Assembly: GCA_963790305.1 (NCBI GenBank)
Contig: CAWBOC010000003.1
Span: forward strand, 1-64,000
DNA: 64,000 nucleotides
Reading direction: 5' to 3'
Source of the DNA: an uncultured Gemmatimonadaceae bacterium
GTDB lineage: Bacteria > Gemmatimonadota > Gemmatimonadetes > Gemmatimonadales > Gemmatimonadaceae
Shown: in pieces, positions 42,369 to 53,662 of the stretch
How positions within the stretch are numbered: position 1 is the stretch's first letter
How the letters are laid out: each line of letters opens with the position of its first letter
Position numbers and translations under genes: made by a program
The notes under the pieces: generated by a model
The model's input: the letters and a program-made list of their open reading frames with translations, nothing else
Databases searched by the model: none
Told to the model about the DNA's origin: nothing

Positions 42369-44665
42369 TCCGCCTGACGAGCGCGCCCCAGCAGGGCGTT
42401 GATGCGCGCGCTCAGGGCGCGCGGGCGGAACGGCTTGGTGAGGAAATCGCTCGCGCCATACTCGAATACGCGCACCTCGCTGTCCTCGTCGCCCTTGGCG
42501 GTCAGCACGATCACCGGCAGCGCCGGCGGTCGCCGGGCGGGCGCGCAGGTGGCTGAGGACGCCGTAGCCGTCGAGACGCGGAAGGTTGAGGTCGAGCACG
42601 ACGATGTCGGGAGCACCGCGATCGACCTCATCCAGAGCGAGGACGCCGTCGCTCGCTTCGAGAACGGTGAAGCCCTCTCGCTCGAGAAGCTCGCGAAGCA
42701 CGCGTCGGAGGGGCTCCTCGTCCTCTACCAGCAGCACCGTCGCGTGCTCGCGTCGCGCCGTCGCATGTGGCGTGAGGTCGTCGAGCAGCTCGAAGGCGGC
42801 GCCGTGAACCGTGGTCGCCGGGGCCGGCATCCGGCTGCGGCGTCCGCGCGTTGCCGTGCGCGTTGTCACGCGCCCGTCCCCGCCTTCCGCGCCGGTGGCG
42901 ATCCGCCGGGTCGCGAGGTCGTGGGTCGTGAGGGATCCTCCTGCGGGATCTCGAGCACGCGCAGCAGCTCTTCGATCGTCGTCTCGCCGCCAATGACCCG
43001 ACTCAGTCCCGACTCCCACAGTGATCGCATTCCCGCCTTCGCGCGCCGCATCGGCCACGCGATCGACGCTCTCGCCCGCCGAGATTCGCCGTTCCACTTC
43101 GGGATTCGATACGAGCACCTCGACGACGGCCATGCGGCCACGGTAGCCCGTCTGCGAGCAGTGGTCGCAGCCCGCGGCACGGAAGAGCGGCGTGCCCGCC
43201 GGTATCCATGGGCGCAGGCGATCCGGGATGGGGTCCATCCACACTTCGCGGCACTGCGGGCAGACCCGCCGCAGCAGTCGCTGCGCGATGATTCCCTTCA
43301 GCGCTGCCGCCAGCTTGTAGCTCTCGACGCCGATGTCGGTGAGGCGCGTGATCGAGCTCGCGGCATCGATGGTGTGCAGCGTCGTGAGCACGAGGTGGCC
43401 GGTGAGCGACGCCTGTACGGCCGTCGCCGCCGTCTCGCGGTCGCGCACCTCTCCGACGAGGACCACGTCAGGATCCTGACGCAGAATCGAGCGAAGAGCG
43501 GCGGCGAAGGTGAGTCCTGCCTTCTCGTGGACCTGCACCTGAACGACGCCCTGTAGCCGATACTCGACCGGGTCCTCGACGGTAACAATGTTGACGCCGC
43601 GCGTCTGGATCTGACGAAGGGCGGAATAGAGCGTCGTCGTCTTGCCCGATCCCGTGGGGCCGGTGACGAGGATGACGCCCTCGCGCATTTCCAGCAGTCG
43701 CTTGATGCGGTCGAGCTCGTCGGTGCGAAGCCCCATCCCGTCGAGCGAGAGGACCGTCGCACGCGTATCGAGAATACGTACGACGACTTTCTCGCCCTGC
43801 GACGCCGGCAGCGTCGACACGCGAAGGTCGATCGGCACACCATTCACCGCCACGCGAGCGCGGCCGTCCTGCGGGCGCAGCCGGTCCGCGATGTCGAGGC
43901 CCGACATGATCTTGATGCGCGACACGAGCGGGATGCCGGCGGCGCGCGGCAACACCATCGTTTGCCGAAGCACGCCATCGATGCGGTATCGAACGGCGAC
44001 ACCACCTTCCTCCGGCTCGAGGTGGATGTCGCTCGCGCGCGACGTGATCCCTTCGGCGAAGATGTGGTCGACGAGCCGGATGATCGGGCGCTCCGCCGAT
44101 GCCTTCTCGCCGCCGAGCTCCATGTCGTCCTGCGCCTGGACGTCGGCGATGGCCTGGATGTCGTAGTTCGCGCTGACGTTCTCGAGAATCTTCGAGACGA
44201 CGTTCTCCGGGCCGATACAGCTCATCGAGCCGCTCGGCGATTTTCGTCGGCGCGGCCAGGGACATCTTCACCGTGCGTCCGGTGGCAAACGCGAGCGTTC
44301 GCTCGCAGTCGAGATCGTGTGGATCGGCGGTGGCGATCTCCAAGCGCCGAGTCGCTGATCGTCAGCGGAATGATGCGGTACTTCCGCGCCAGCGGCTCGG
44401 GAACGTGCTCCCGCGCCTGCGGCGTCGCGAGGGAGAGGTTCGCGATCTTCATGTGAAACCGCGACGCGAGCGCGGTCAGGATCTCATCATCGGTGATGAA
44501 TCCGCGACGCACCGCTGTCTCCCAGTAGCTGTCCTGGGCGGCTGTTTTCAGCACGCCGACGGACTCCTTCGATAGGAGCGTCTCCAGCGTGGGCAACAGC
44601 CAATCGTCGCGAACGTGACCCTTCGACACGGCAGCTCCAACAGGGACCGAGGGCGCGTTCGCCAT
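42365..44665 (-). CDS. PilB/GspE-family secretion ATPase with C-terminal response-regulator receiver domain (about five apparent frameshifts)
   Basis: ASDIHLEP, PQDGR, GPTGSGKTTT, TVEDPVE, LRQDPD..GEVRD, LTTLHT, CxxC motifs; then LLVEDE, VLDLNLP, DFLTKPF. Confidence 0.85.
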
Positions 44666-44758
44666 CGGGCAGGAGGTGGCCCAGGAGGTAGACCGAGTCG
44701 CATACGGGCTCCCGGCCATAACTTAGACGATCGAAGACCGAAACGAGATATTGAGAGT

Positions 44759-44846
44759 CAAAGGCGCTAGAGGCGCTAAAGGCGCTAGAGGCGCTAAGGA
44801 GTTTCGCTTTAGCGCCTTTAGCGCTTCTAGCGCCTCTAGCGCCTTG
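44759..44846. repeat. Inverted tandem 9-mer array (TARAGGCGC)
   Basis: Four (a/g)aggcgcta units, short spacer, four tagcgc(c/t)t(t/c) units. Confidence 0.9.
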
Positions 44847-44850
44847 TCGT

Positions 44851-46929
44851 TCACAGCACCCGCCAGAGCTCGGGCGTCACGTCCACGCTGAACGTCCACT
44901 TACCGTCGCGAAGGCCACGGCCGACGTCGAGGCGAAGGGCGTCGAAGAACAGCAGCGCGCCCGTTCCGAGGCTCGGGTACCAGCCTGCCGGGCGCTCGGC
45001 GGCCGATCGCGCGAGGAAGACGACGTGGGCGAAGGGCGCGAGAGTCATCCGCGGCGGCGCTTCGCCAAATCGCCCCAGCGGAATCGCCACGAAAGGTGCC
45101 GGGATGCGCCACTCAATGCGCTGGCTTCCGCCGATATCGCCTACGAGCTCGTGGTAATCGTACCCCGGCCCGCTCACCGGGCCACCCAGATACACCAGCT
45201 CCTGTGGGGGGACGCCCGGGGAGCTCGCATCCACCGCCGCGAAGGTGGTTCGCGAGATGACGCGGTAGCGTCCGAGCGGACGCTCGAGGGCGGCATCGAG
45301 GAATAGCCGAGCCGTTCGCGGATTGTTGGGTGCGGTCGCGTCGACCGGCCGAAACCACAGAGCGCGAGCTTCGCCTTGCACCCGCAGCTCCGTGCCGCCC
45401 ACGAAGAGCGATGTCGGGCGATCGAACGACAGGGCGAGGCGGGTGGCGCGCGCATCGAGGGCATCGATCACCGGCTCGTAGGTCCCGCGGGATGGGGTGG
45501 CAACGACCTGAACCGGATCGTGTCGCTCGTAGGCAGCGGTAACGCGCCAGCCCATGCCTAACGCTTTCCCGAGATCGACGGCGAGACCGGCAGCTCGCGT
45601 GTCGAACGGCTCCGTGGCGTCACTGCCGAACTCCTGCGCCGCGATGGAGTTGACGAGCCCCGACCGCTCGACAATGTCACCGGCGTCGCGGTACTCTCGC
45701 TCCGCGAACAGATGCAGACCGACACCGCTCGCACGCATCCACGAGAGTCCGACGCGCCCCTTGAGCTGCTCATCGGAGAGCCCATAGCGCGCCTGAATAG
45801 CAGTGCGCACACCGCCGCCGAGCGCGCGCGAAATGCCGGCGCCGAGGGCAAGTCCTTCGGCGCGCCGAACGCGGGCGACATCGGAAATCCCCCGCGCGGC
45901 CACCGTCGCGCGGCGACTGCGGGCGAGCGCCTGGGCGCGCACCAGCCGCCGGGCCTCTTCCTGGATGATGCGGACCTCGGGATCGGTGGGCGCACGTACG
46001 TCGGGCGGGAGCGAATCGAGAATCGCGCCGCCCCAGCGATGCACGTCCATCACGCGCTGCGGCGCCTGCACGATCTCCGGTCCGTTGAACAGTGCGAGGT
46101 CCAAGCCCGTGTTTACGTCGTGACAGCAGATCTCCCACCGCCCGCGGATGATTCCGCGGACGGGGAAATCCATCCACGTTCCGGCGCGACGGATCTCGAT
46201 CTCCTGTCGTCGCGGAAGCCAGAAGGTGCCAGACACGAGGGCGTTGTCGAGGACAACCGCCAGATCCTCGAGCTGCCGATCCACGAACGCGGCGCGTGTG
46301 AAGTTGAACGCCATGCGCACGAGCTGAGCGCTCTCGCGCTCGATGAAGAGCGCGCCGACGACCCGGGGCTGGGTGTCGTCCGTCGGTCGCACCCGTACGA
46401 TCGCCACCGCGATCGTGCGATCGGGGAGACGCATCTCGATCGAGTCGCCGATCGCGAAGTCGTAGACCCCAAGGCCCTGCGGGCTGAGCGGATGCGGAAC
46501 GTCGCGCACCTCATCGCCGTCTCCGATGCGAATGACCTCGGGAAAATTGTTCTGGACGATGCCGAGGTGATCCCGGTGGTACGCGATGTCCGTCGGGAGC
46601 AGGAGGGTATCGCGTCGACCGATGATTCGCTGCTTGCTCAGCCCGGGAGCGCGCCAGTACACTTCCAGGGCGAGCTCATCCGCCTTGATGACCTTCGGCG
46701 GCTCGGTGAAGCCTTCACCGAGTTGAGCGAGAAAGGTGACGTACCCGCGTGCGATGGCGCGCCAGTCGTGCAGCGCCGTGTCGGCGAGTTGGCGCTCGCG
46801 GAGCTCGGTCGCGCGATGCACGAGCGCCATCGTTCGCGCATCGTTCCACTCTGATTGCGCCCTCGCGGGCGTGATGAGCGGCCCCAGGAGACAGCACGCG
46901 GCTGCCATCGCCGCGAAAAGGCGGAGCAT
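44851..46929 (-). CDS. Hypothetical outer-membrane protein with probable C-terminal beta-barrel
   Basis: Signal peptide ending ARA-Q, 692 aa, amphipathic strands, C-terminal LRLDVGRGL..WTFSVDV. Confidence 0.65.
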   Translation of the reverse strand: MLRLFAAMAAACCLLGPLITPARAQSEWNDARTMALVHRATELRERQLADTALHDWRAIARGYVTFLAQLGEGFTEPPKVIKADELALEVYWRAPGLSKQRIIGRRDTLLLPTDIAYHRDHLGIVQNNFPEVIRIGDGDEVRDVPHPLSPQGLGVYDFAIGDSIEMRLPDRTIAVAIVRVRPTDDTQPRVVGALFIERESAQLVRMAFNFTRAAFVDRQLEDLAVVLDNALVSGTFWLPRRQEIEIRRAGTWMDFPVRGIIRGRWEICCHDVNTGLDLALFNGPEIVQAPQRVMDVHRWGGAILDSLPPDVRAPTDPEVRIIQEEARRLVRAQALARSRRATVAARGISDVARVRRAEGLALGAGISRALGGGVRTAIQARYGLSDEQLKGRVGLSWMRASGVGLHLFAEREYRDAGDIVERSGLVNSIAAQEFGSDATEPFDTRAAGLAVDLGKALGMGWRVTAAYERHDPVQVVATPSRGTYEPVIDALDARATRLALSFDRPTSLFVGGTELRVQGEARALWFRPVDATAPNNPRTARLFLDAALERPLGRYRVISRTTFAAVDASSPGVPPQELVYLGGPVSGPGYDYHELVGDIGGSQRIEWRIPAPFVAIPLGRFGEAPPRMTLAPFAHVVFLARSAAERPAGWYPSLGTGALLFFDALRLDVGRGLRDGKWTFSVDVTPELWRVL

Positions 46930-46977
46930 GACGAGCGAATATCGCCGTGGGTGCATCGTGCGGCAAGCGCACGATCA

Positions 46978-48509
46978 GTGACGTCGGAGCGATTCGTCGC
47001 GCTCGCGCGCGGCGCGGAGCGCGAGCGCACGCTCATTCCCGGTGTGGCGCGACGTGCTGCTCGACACCGATACGCCCGTCTCGGCCTTCGCGAAGCTCCG
47101 GCGTGGACCATTCGCCTTTCTGCTCGAATCGGCTCCCGCGGGCGGCGAGACGTGGGCGCGATACACGTTCCTCGGGACGGAGCCCGCGGGGGCGTGGCGG
47201 CTTCGCGATGGCGTCGTGGACGAGTGGCATCCGGAGCGTGGATGGCATGGTGCTCGCCGACCGGCGGACCCCATCGCGGACCTCGGCGCGCGGCTGCGCG
47301 AGTACGAGCCTGCCGCGGTTCCCGAGCTCGGCGCATTCTGGGGCGGGGCGGTTGGCTACTTCGGCTACGATGTGGTACGCCTCATCGAGCGACTCCCCCA
47401 CCCTCCACCTCGCTCCCTCGACGTACCCGACGCGCTGATGGTGCTGACGCGTGCGGTCGTCATCATCGACAACCTCCGGTCCCGCGCGCGCATCGTGATC
47501 GGCGTTCCGGTGGAATCCACCCTCGATGATCGCGCGCTACGTTCGTTGTACGATGAAGCCGAGCAGGAAATCGACGCGCTCGCGGCGCGACTGCGGGAGC
47601 CCGTAGATCTGCCAGCGCTCGACGTCGAAAGCCCAGGAGCGACTGCCGCTGCGCGCAGCTCGATGAGTCGCTCGGAGTTCGAGGCCGGTGTGCGGCGTAT
47701 CAAAGAGTACATTCTCGCCGGCGACGCGTTTCAGGTTCTGCTGGCGCGGCGCTTCGAGATGCCGCTCGACTTCGATCCGGCGACGCTCTACCGCGCCCTG
47801 CGCGCCCTCAATCCGTCGCCGTACATGTTTCACCTGGTGCTCGACGGCCTGGAGCTGGTGGGCTCCAGCCCCGAGCTTCTCGTGCGCGTCGCCAACGCGC
47901 CGTCTCACCGTACGACCGATCGCGGGTACGCGCCCCCGGGGCCTCACGCCCGATGAGGATGCGGCGCTGGCGGCGGAGCTCCTCGCCGATGAAAAGGAGC
48001 GCGCCGAGCACATCATGCTGGTCGATCTGGGCCGCAACGACGTTGGACGGGTTGCCCGATTCGGCTCGGTCGAAGTGAGTGAGCTGTTCGGCGTGGAGCG
48101 CTACAGCCACGTGCTGCATCTCGTGAGCCAGGTCGACGGGGCGCTTCGTGCGGAGCTCGACGCCCTCGACGCGCTGAGGGCGACGTTTCCCGCGGGTACG
48201 ATGACGGGCGCGCCCAAGGTGCGCGCGATGGAGATCATCGACGAGCTCGAGCCGGAGCGACGCGGTCCGTACGCCGGGGCTGTCGGCTACATCGCCGCCG
48301 GGGCCACGCGCATGGATCTCGCGATTGCGATCCGCACCTGCATGATCGCGGGCGGAGTAGCGTCCGTCTCCGCGGGCGCCGGCATTGTCGCAGACTCGGT
48401 CCCGGAGCGAGAGTGGGAAGAAACGGAGAACAAGGCGCGCGCCCTGCTCCTGGCCATCGGCATGGCTCGGCGCGCGCTAGAAGCGAGCACGACCGCACGC
48501 CATATTTGA
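46978..48509 (+). CDS. trpE: Anthranilate synthase component I (frameshifts near 47040 and 47897)
   Basis: [57 protein letters not shown]. Confidence 0.9.
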
Positions 48510-48516
48510 CCACTCA

Positions 48517-50121
48517 ATGCGTCTGAAGCTCGTCGGCACCGATGGCGCGCAGTCGTTCGAGCTGCGCGAAGGCCCGCCACTCGTCGTGGGGCGCGCGCCG
48601 AACAGCGACGTTCCGATCTTCGATCCCACGATCTCGCGCCGACATGCCGAGGTCGAGTGCGGTGAAGGCGGATTCGCGATTCGCGACCTCGGGTCCAGCA
48701 ACGGGACGTATGTGAATGGCGAGCGCGTCACCCATCGCGCGATAACGCCCGGCGACGTGCTGACGTTCGGGAAGGTGTCCTTCCGGGTGGCGGAAGCTCC
48801 CGATCTCCCCATCGCGCCGCCGCGCACGTCGTCAGCTCATCCAACGCCCGACACCGGACCGCGCAGCAGCGGAACCATTCGCCGGGAGCTTTCGGCATCC
48901 GGCACGCGCGGGCTGTTATCGAGTCGGCTCCGCGGCCCGGACATCACTGCCTCGCCGAGCGATGACGCGAGCCAGGACGAGCGCCGCCTCGCGCTTCTGG
49001 TGGAGATCGCCAAGGGACTGTCGGGCGCGGTCGACATCAACAGCCTGCTCGACAAGATCGCGACGTACGTCTTCCAGATCTTCGACGCGGACCGCGTCGC
49101 GATCAACCTGCTCGGCGACACCGGTGAGATGGTGCCGAAGATCTCGCGCGATCGCCGCGGCACGGAAGCGGGACGCACGGTGCCGCAGTCGATCGCACGC
49201 AAGGTGATTCAGGAGAAGGTCGCGGTGCTCACCGACAACGCGCCGGAGGACGAGCGGTTCGGTGGCCAATCGATCCTCCTCCAAAGCGTGCGGTCAGCCA
49301 TGTGCGCGCCACTGCTCGGCACCGATCATGAGGTGCAGGGCGTGCTCTACGTGGACAACCAGGCGGCGACTCACCAGTTCGGCGATGAGGATCTCGATTT
49401 TCTCGTCGCGTTCTCCGGGATCGGCGGTGTCGCCATCGAAAACAGCAAATTCGGCGAGCGCATTCGAAAGGAAGCGCTCGTGCGCAGCAACTTCGAGCGC
49501 TACTTCGCGCCCTCGCTGGCGGCGCGTATCGCGAGCTCGCCCGACGCCGTGCGCCTCGGCGGTGACAAACGAGCGATCGCCGTGCTATTCAGCGACATTC
49601 GCGGCTTCACCGCGTTGTCGGAGACGATGAATCCCGACGACATGGCGTCGCTGCTCAGCGAGTACTTCAGCGAGATGGTCGATTGTGTGTTTCGCCACGG
49701 CGGGACGCTCGACAAGTTCATGGGCGACGCGGTCATGGCGCAGTGGGGCGCCCCCATCGCCGCCGAGGACGACGCCGATCGCGCCATGACGGCCGCGCTC
49801 GACATGATCCGCGGGCTCGATGAGCTCAACAAGAAATGGCGCACCGCTGGCAAGCCCACGCTCCAGATTGGCATTGGGCTCAACTACGGTGAGGCATTCG
49901 CCGGGAACATTGGCTCGGAGAAGCGGCTCGAGTTCACCGTCATTGGCGATGCCGTCAACACCGCGGCCCGACTGTGCTCCGCGGCCGACGGCGGTGAGAT
50001 CCTGCTCACCGAGGAGATGAGGCGCGCGCTGCGCCATCCGCCGAAGCTGAAGGAACGAGCCCCGATGGAGCTGAAGGGAAAGGCGCAGCCGGTCCCGGTG
50101 TACTCCATCGTGCGCAAATGA
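48517..50121 (+). CDS. Class III adenylate cyclase with FHA and GAF domains
   Basis: FHA (VGR, ISRRHA, DLGSSNGTYVNG), GAF (RSAMCAPL, GVLYVD), cyclase (FSDIRGFT, DKFMGD, TVIGDAVNTAARL, LKGK). Confidence 0.92.
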   Translation: MRLKLVGTDGAQSFELREGPPLVVGRAPNSDVPIFDPTISRRHAEVECGEGGFAIRDLGSSNGTYVNGERVTHRAITPGDVLTFGKVSFRVAEAPDLPIAPPRTSSAHPTPDTGPRSSGTIRRELSASGTRGLLSSRLRGPDITASPSDDASQDERRLALLVEIAKGLSGAVDINSLLDKIATYVFQIFDADRVAINLLGDTGEMVPKISRDRRGTEAGRTVPQSIARKVIQEKVAVLTDNAPEDERFGGQSILLQSVRSAMCAPLLGTDHEVQGVLYVDNQAATHQFGDEDLDFLVAFSGIGGVAIENSKFGERIRKEALVRSNFERYFAPSLAARIASSPDAVRLGGDKRAIAVLFSDIRGFTALSETMNPDDMASLLSEYFSEMVDCVFRHGGTLDKFMGDAVMAQWGAPIAAEDDADRAMTAALDMIRGLDELNKKWRTAGKPTLQIGIGLNYGEAFAGNIGSEKRLEFTVIGDAVNTAARLCSAADGGEILLTEEMRRALRHPPKLKERAPMELKGKAQPVPVYSIVRK

Positions 50122-50898
50122 CGCGAGCCGCCGAGGGGCCCCGGGATACGAGCGGCTCGTTCGTCCGGGCGTCGAGACGGTCGCGCGGCGCATCGCTGGC
50201 CGGTCCCGTGGACGAGGCGCTCGCCGCCGGGCTCGCTTTACGACTACGCGGCCCACCATCCCCAGGCGCGGCCCCTGCACGGCCGCGGCGTCGCGTACGC
50301 CGTTCCGCTTCCGGATGGTGAGACCCGTGTCGTCGTGCGACGCTCGAGGCATGGTGGATGGCTTGCGCCGCTCACGGGAGAGATCTTTCTGCGTCCCACG
50401 CGCGCGCCGCACGAGCTGGAGGTGTCGCTTCGTCTGGCCCGCGAGGGTATCCCGACACCCGAGGTCGTCGCCTACAGCACGTACGAGGTTGCCCCGCTGC
50501 TACGGCGAGCCGATGTCGCGACGCGCGAGGTACCCGACGCCTTGGATCTCGCCGCGACCCTCGACCGTGACCGCGATCCGTCGGCAGTGCGCGATGCGGT
50601 GCGCGTGGTCGCGAAGCTCCTCGCGCGCATGGCCGTCGCGGGCGTCCGGCACCCCGATCTGAATGTGCGAAACGTGCTGATCGCCCGCGATGAAAACGGC
50701 AACCGCGAGGCGTGGCTCCTCGACGTCGACCGGGTGTGGTTCGATGCGCGGCGGCATCCCCGAGTGCGCGAAGCCAACCTGAGTCGCTTTGCGCGCTCGG
50801 CGCGAAAGCTCCGGGAGCGCGAGGGGCTTCCGGTCGGCGATGGCGAGATGGCACTGCTTGCGGCGCTTGCCCGCGAGGAGGAGGAGGCGCTGCCCTGA
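50118..50898 (+). CDS. Lipopolysaccharide kinase, Kdo kinase/InaA family (5' part frameshifted)
   Basis: VVVRRSRHGG, GIPTPEV, HPDLNVRNVL, WLLDVDR, NLSRFARS; ATGA overlap with the cyclase. Confidence 0.8.
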
Positions 50899-51927
50899 TC
50901 GCCACTCCGCTCGAGCGCATCTGCATCGTGATGATGAGCGCGGTCGGTGATGCGGTGCATGTGCTGCCGCTCATTACCGCGCTCAAGCGTCACCGGCCGC
51001 GGACGCGCATCACGTGGGTTCTCCAGCCCGGTCCAGCGTCGCTCGTCCGCGGCCATCCCGATGTGGACGAGATCATCCTCTTCGAGCGCAAGAAAGGGTG
51101 GCGGGCCTTCGCGGACGTTCGGCGCGCCTTGCGAGAGCGCACGTTCGACGTCGTGCTGTCGCTGCAAGTCTACTTCAAGGCGGGTGTCATCACCGGTTTC
51201 GCACGCGCCCCGGTCAAGCTCGGATTCGACCGTGCCCGCGCTCGCGATCTCAACTGGCTGTTCACCACGCACCGCATTCCGGCACGCCCCAATCAGCACG
51301 TCCAGGATCAGTACTTCGAGTTTCTCGAGGCGCTGGGGGTGCCTCACGAGCCTGTCACGTGGAATCTCGGCCCCTGGCCGCACTGAGTCCGAGATGCGCC
51401 GGGCCTTCGTGGCGACACTTCCCCGCCCCGCCGTGACGCTGGTGCTGGCGACGAGCAACCCGCACAAGGACTGGATCCCCGAGCGATGGGCGGAGCTCGT
51501 CGATGTACTGTACGAGGACTTCGGCCTTCACCCGGTGCTGGCCGGCGGACGCAGCGCCCGCGAGCTCGCGGTGCAGGAAACCATCATGCGCCTGGCGCGC
51601 CACACCCCCCACACGACGTTAGGCGTGCCGCTGCGCGAGCTGGTGTGGCTCATCGATGCGTCGGAGCTGGTGATCTCTCCCGACACGGGCCCGCTCCACA
51701 TGGCGGTGGCACTCGACACGCCGGTCATCGGGTTGATGGGCTACAACAACCCGAAGCGCATCGGGCCCTATCGGAAGTTTCACGATCTCATGCTGGATGT
51801 GTATGGTGATCCCGGAGAGCATTACCCGATCTCACCCGAGCATCGCGAAGGGCGCATGGCGCGGATCCAGGTGGCGGACGTCGTGGACAGGGTGCGGCTG
51901 TGGAGGGCGAGGTACCAGTCGGGATAG
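50895..51927 (+). CDS. Glycosyltransferase family 9 (heptosyltransferase-like), frameshift near 51385
   Basis: SAVGDAVH, KDWIPERW, ISPDTGPLHMAVAL. Confidence 0.88.
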
Positions 51928-52003
51928 GGTGTCGAGGATGGCGAGGTGATCAAGGTGACCTCGCCTCGATCACCTCGACCACCTCGCCATCCTCGCCCAC
52001 CTC
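51928..52003. repeat. Inverted tandem 9-mer array (TCRAGGNNN) between convergent genes
   Basis: gtcgaggat ggcgaggtg atcaaggtg ... cctcgatca cctcgacca cctcgccat cctcgccca; same unit type as 1056-1136. Confidence 0.8.
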
Positions 52004-52012
52004 ATCTTGCCG

Positions 52013-53092
52013 TCACGCAGTAACAAGGCGGTACACCTCAATCGTCCGATCCACCATCCGGTCGACCGAGAATTCCTCGACCCGCGTGCGGGCGCGCGCG
52101 GCGAGGGACGCGGCGAAGTCTGGATTCGAGAGCAGCCTCACGATGCTCTCACCGAGCGCGGATGCGTCGCCGGGCGGCGACAAGAGTCCTGTCTCCCCAT
52201 CGGTGACGAACTCGGGAATTCCACCGGCGCGCGTCGCGGCGACCGGCACGCCGAACGCCATCGCGTCGAGCAAAACGCTTCCCATTCCCTCCTCCACGGA
52301 GCTCAGGGTCGCGATACGCGCAGCGGCCAGAATCTCATCGGCGTCGCGCCGAAAGCCCGTGAGTGACAACGTCCGGTCCAGGTCGAGCCTGGTCACCTCC
52401 GCCTGCACGATCGCGCGCAGCGGCCCTTCACCCACCAGAAGGCCACGAACTCGCGGGATGCGCTCACGCACCGCCGCGATCGCGCGAACGAAGGTCAAGG
52501 GATCCTTGTGGGCCACGAGCGCGGCCACCTGCACCACCAACAGCTCACCGGAGACAATACCTAACGACCTCAGGGCGTCGTCGCTCGCAGGCTGCACGCG
52601 TCGCGAGAGGTCGACGCCATCGGGGACGACGTGGATGCGGTCGCCTGGCACGCCCGCCTCCACGAGGACGGCGGCAACGGCCTTCGATACCGCGACCACG
52701 GCTTGCGCGCGACCGTACTTCAGGCGCGTGCCGAGGTTCCGGCGCAGCGCGAAATCCACACGCCGGGCGATGACGACTCTCGTCGCCGTCCCGAGCGTCG
52801 CCAGCGCACCAATCGCCGCGGCGTGGGCGGTGTGCGCGTGCACGATCTGCGCACCATGCCGCAGGATCGCGCGTCGGAGATCACGCGCCGCGAAGAGATC
52901 GAGCTCACCGCGCGGAGCGGCGTCGATGACCTCGAGCTTCAGCGCCTCGGCGCGTCGGGCCAGCTCGTCGTCGCGACGCGCGACGATGATCGCACGATGC
53001 CCGCGATCACGCATTCCCGTCGCGAGCCAGAGCACCTGGCGCTCTCCGCCGCGCCACCCTCGCTCCGTATCGACGTGAAGCACCGTCAACAC
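52013..53092 (-). CDS. Glycosyltransferase family 4
   Basis: WRGGERQV, HAHT, EEGMGSVLLDAMAFGVPVAATRAGGIPE. Confidence 0.92.
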   Translation of the reverse strand: MLTVLHVDTERGWRGGERQVLWLATGMRDRGHRAIIVARRDDELARRAEALKLEVIDAAPRGELDLFAARDLRRAILRHGAQIVHAHTAHAAAIGALATLGTATRVVIARRVDFALRRNLGTRLKYGRAQAVVAVSKAVAAVLVEAGVPGDRIHVVPDGVDLSRRVQPASDDALRSLGIVSGELLVVQVAALVAHKDPLTFVRAIAAVRERIPRVRGLLVGEGPLRAIVQAEVTRLDLDRTLSLTGFRRDADEILAAARIATLSSVEEGMGSVLLDAMAFGVPVAATRAGGIPEFVTDGETGLLSPPGDASALGESIVRLLSNPDFAASLAARARTRVEEFSVDRMVDRTIEVYRLVTA

Positions 53093-53108
53093 CGGAGCGC
53101 CCTCGGCG

Positions 53109-53378
53109 TCATTTCGTTTGCCGGTACTGCGGATCGTTATACATCTTGAACTGACGATACACCTTCGGCACCACCCTGCCCGCCGCTACATCGGACACGA
53201 GCTGCGATAGCTCTGCCGCGAGGTCGTCGCGCTGCAGTCGGAGCACCTCGAGCCGCGCCTCGCAGCGCTCACGGAACTCCGATGCAACGTCCTTTCGGTC
53301 CGCCTGCTCCTGCATGTGATAGATCTTGAGCTCGACGATGCTCAGCTTGTCCGCGAGCCACCCAACGGTCTCAGCCAC
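53109..53378 (-). CDS. DUF4254-like protein, C-terminal half as a separate ORF
   Basis: [20 protein letters not shown] and [12 protein letters not shown] match my recollection of the DUF4254 C-terminal region. Confidence 0.75.
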   Translation of the reverse strand: MAETVGWLADKLSIVELKIYHMQEQADRKDVASEFRERCEARLEVLRLQRDDLAAELSQLVSDVAAGRVVPKVYRQFKMYNDPQYRQTK

Positions 53379-53598
53379 GGCGGGCACCCGCCTCGCGTTG
53401 CGCCTCGCGCGCCGCCTGCATCACGGCCTCGTCGATGCGCTCGATGAGGTCGTTGCGACGCTGGTTGAGCTTGTCGACGTTTCGCTTGGCGGCGGCCACC
53501 TGATGATCGTCCTCGACGCGCGCCTTGTCCTCTTCGTGCCACAGCTCGATGTTCGTCTGGGCCAGTCGCGCGATCAGTGTACCGATGGTCTCATCCAT
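53371..53598 (-). CDS. DUF4254-like protein, N-terminal half as a separate ORF
   Basis: [12 protein letters not shown] and [19 protein letters not shown]; strong RBS (GAGG/GAGGG) before the ATG. Confidence 0.75.
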   Translation of the reverse strand: MDETIGTLIARLAQTNIELWHEEDKARVEDDHQVAAAKRNVDKLNQRRNDLIERIDEAVMQAAREAQREAGARRG

Positions 53599-53662
53599 CC
53601 CTCACCTCACACTTCTGTATTGAGCCGTCCCTCGCCGCGTCCAGGGACGCGTGGCGGAGAAT

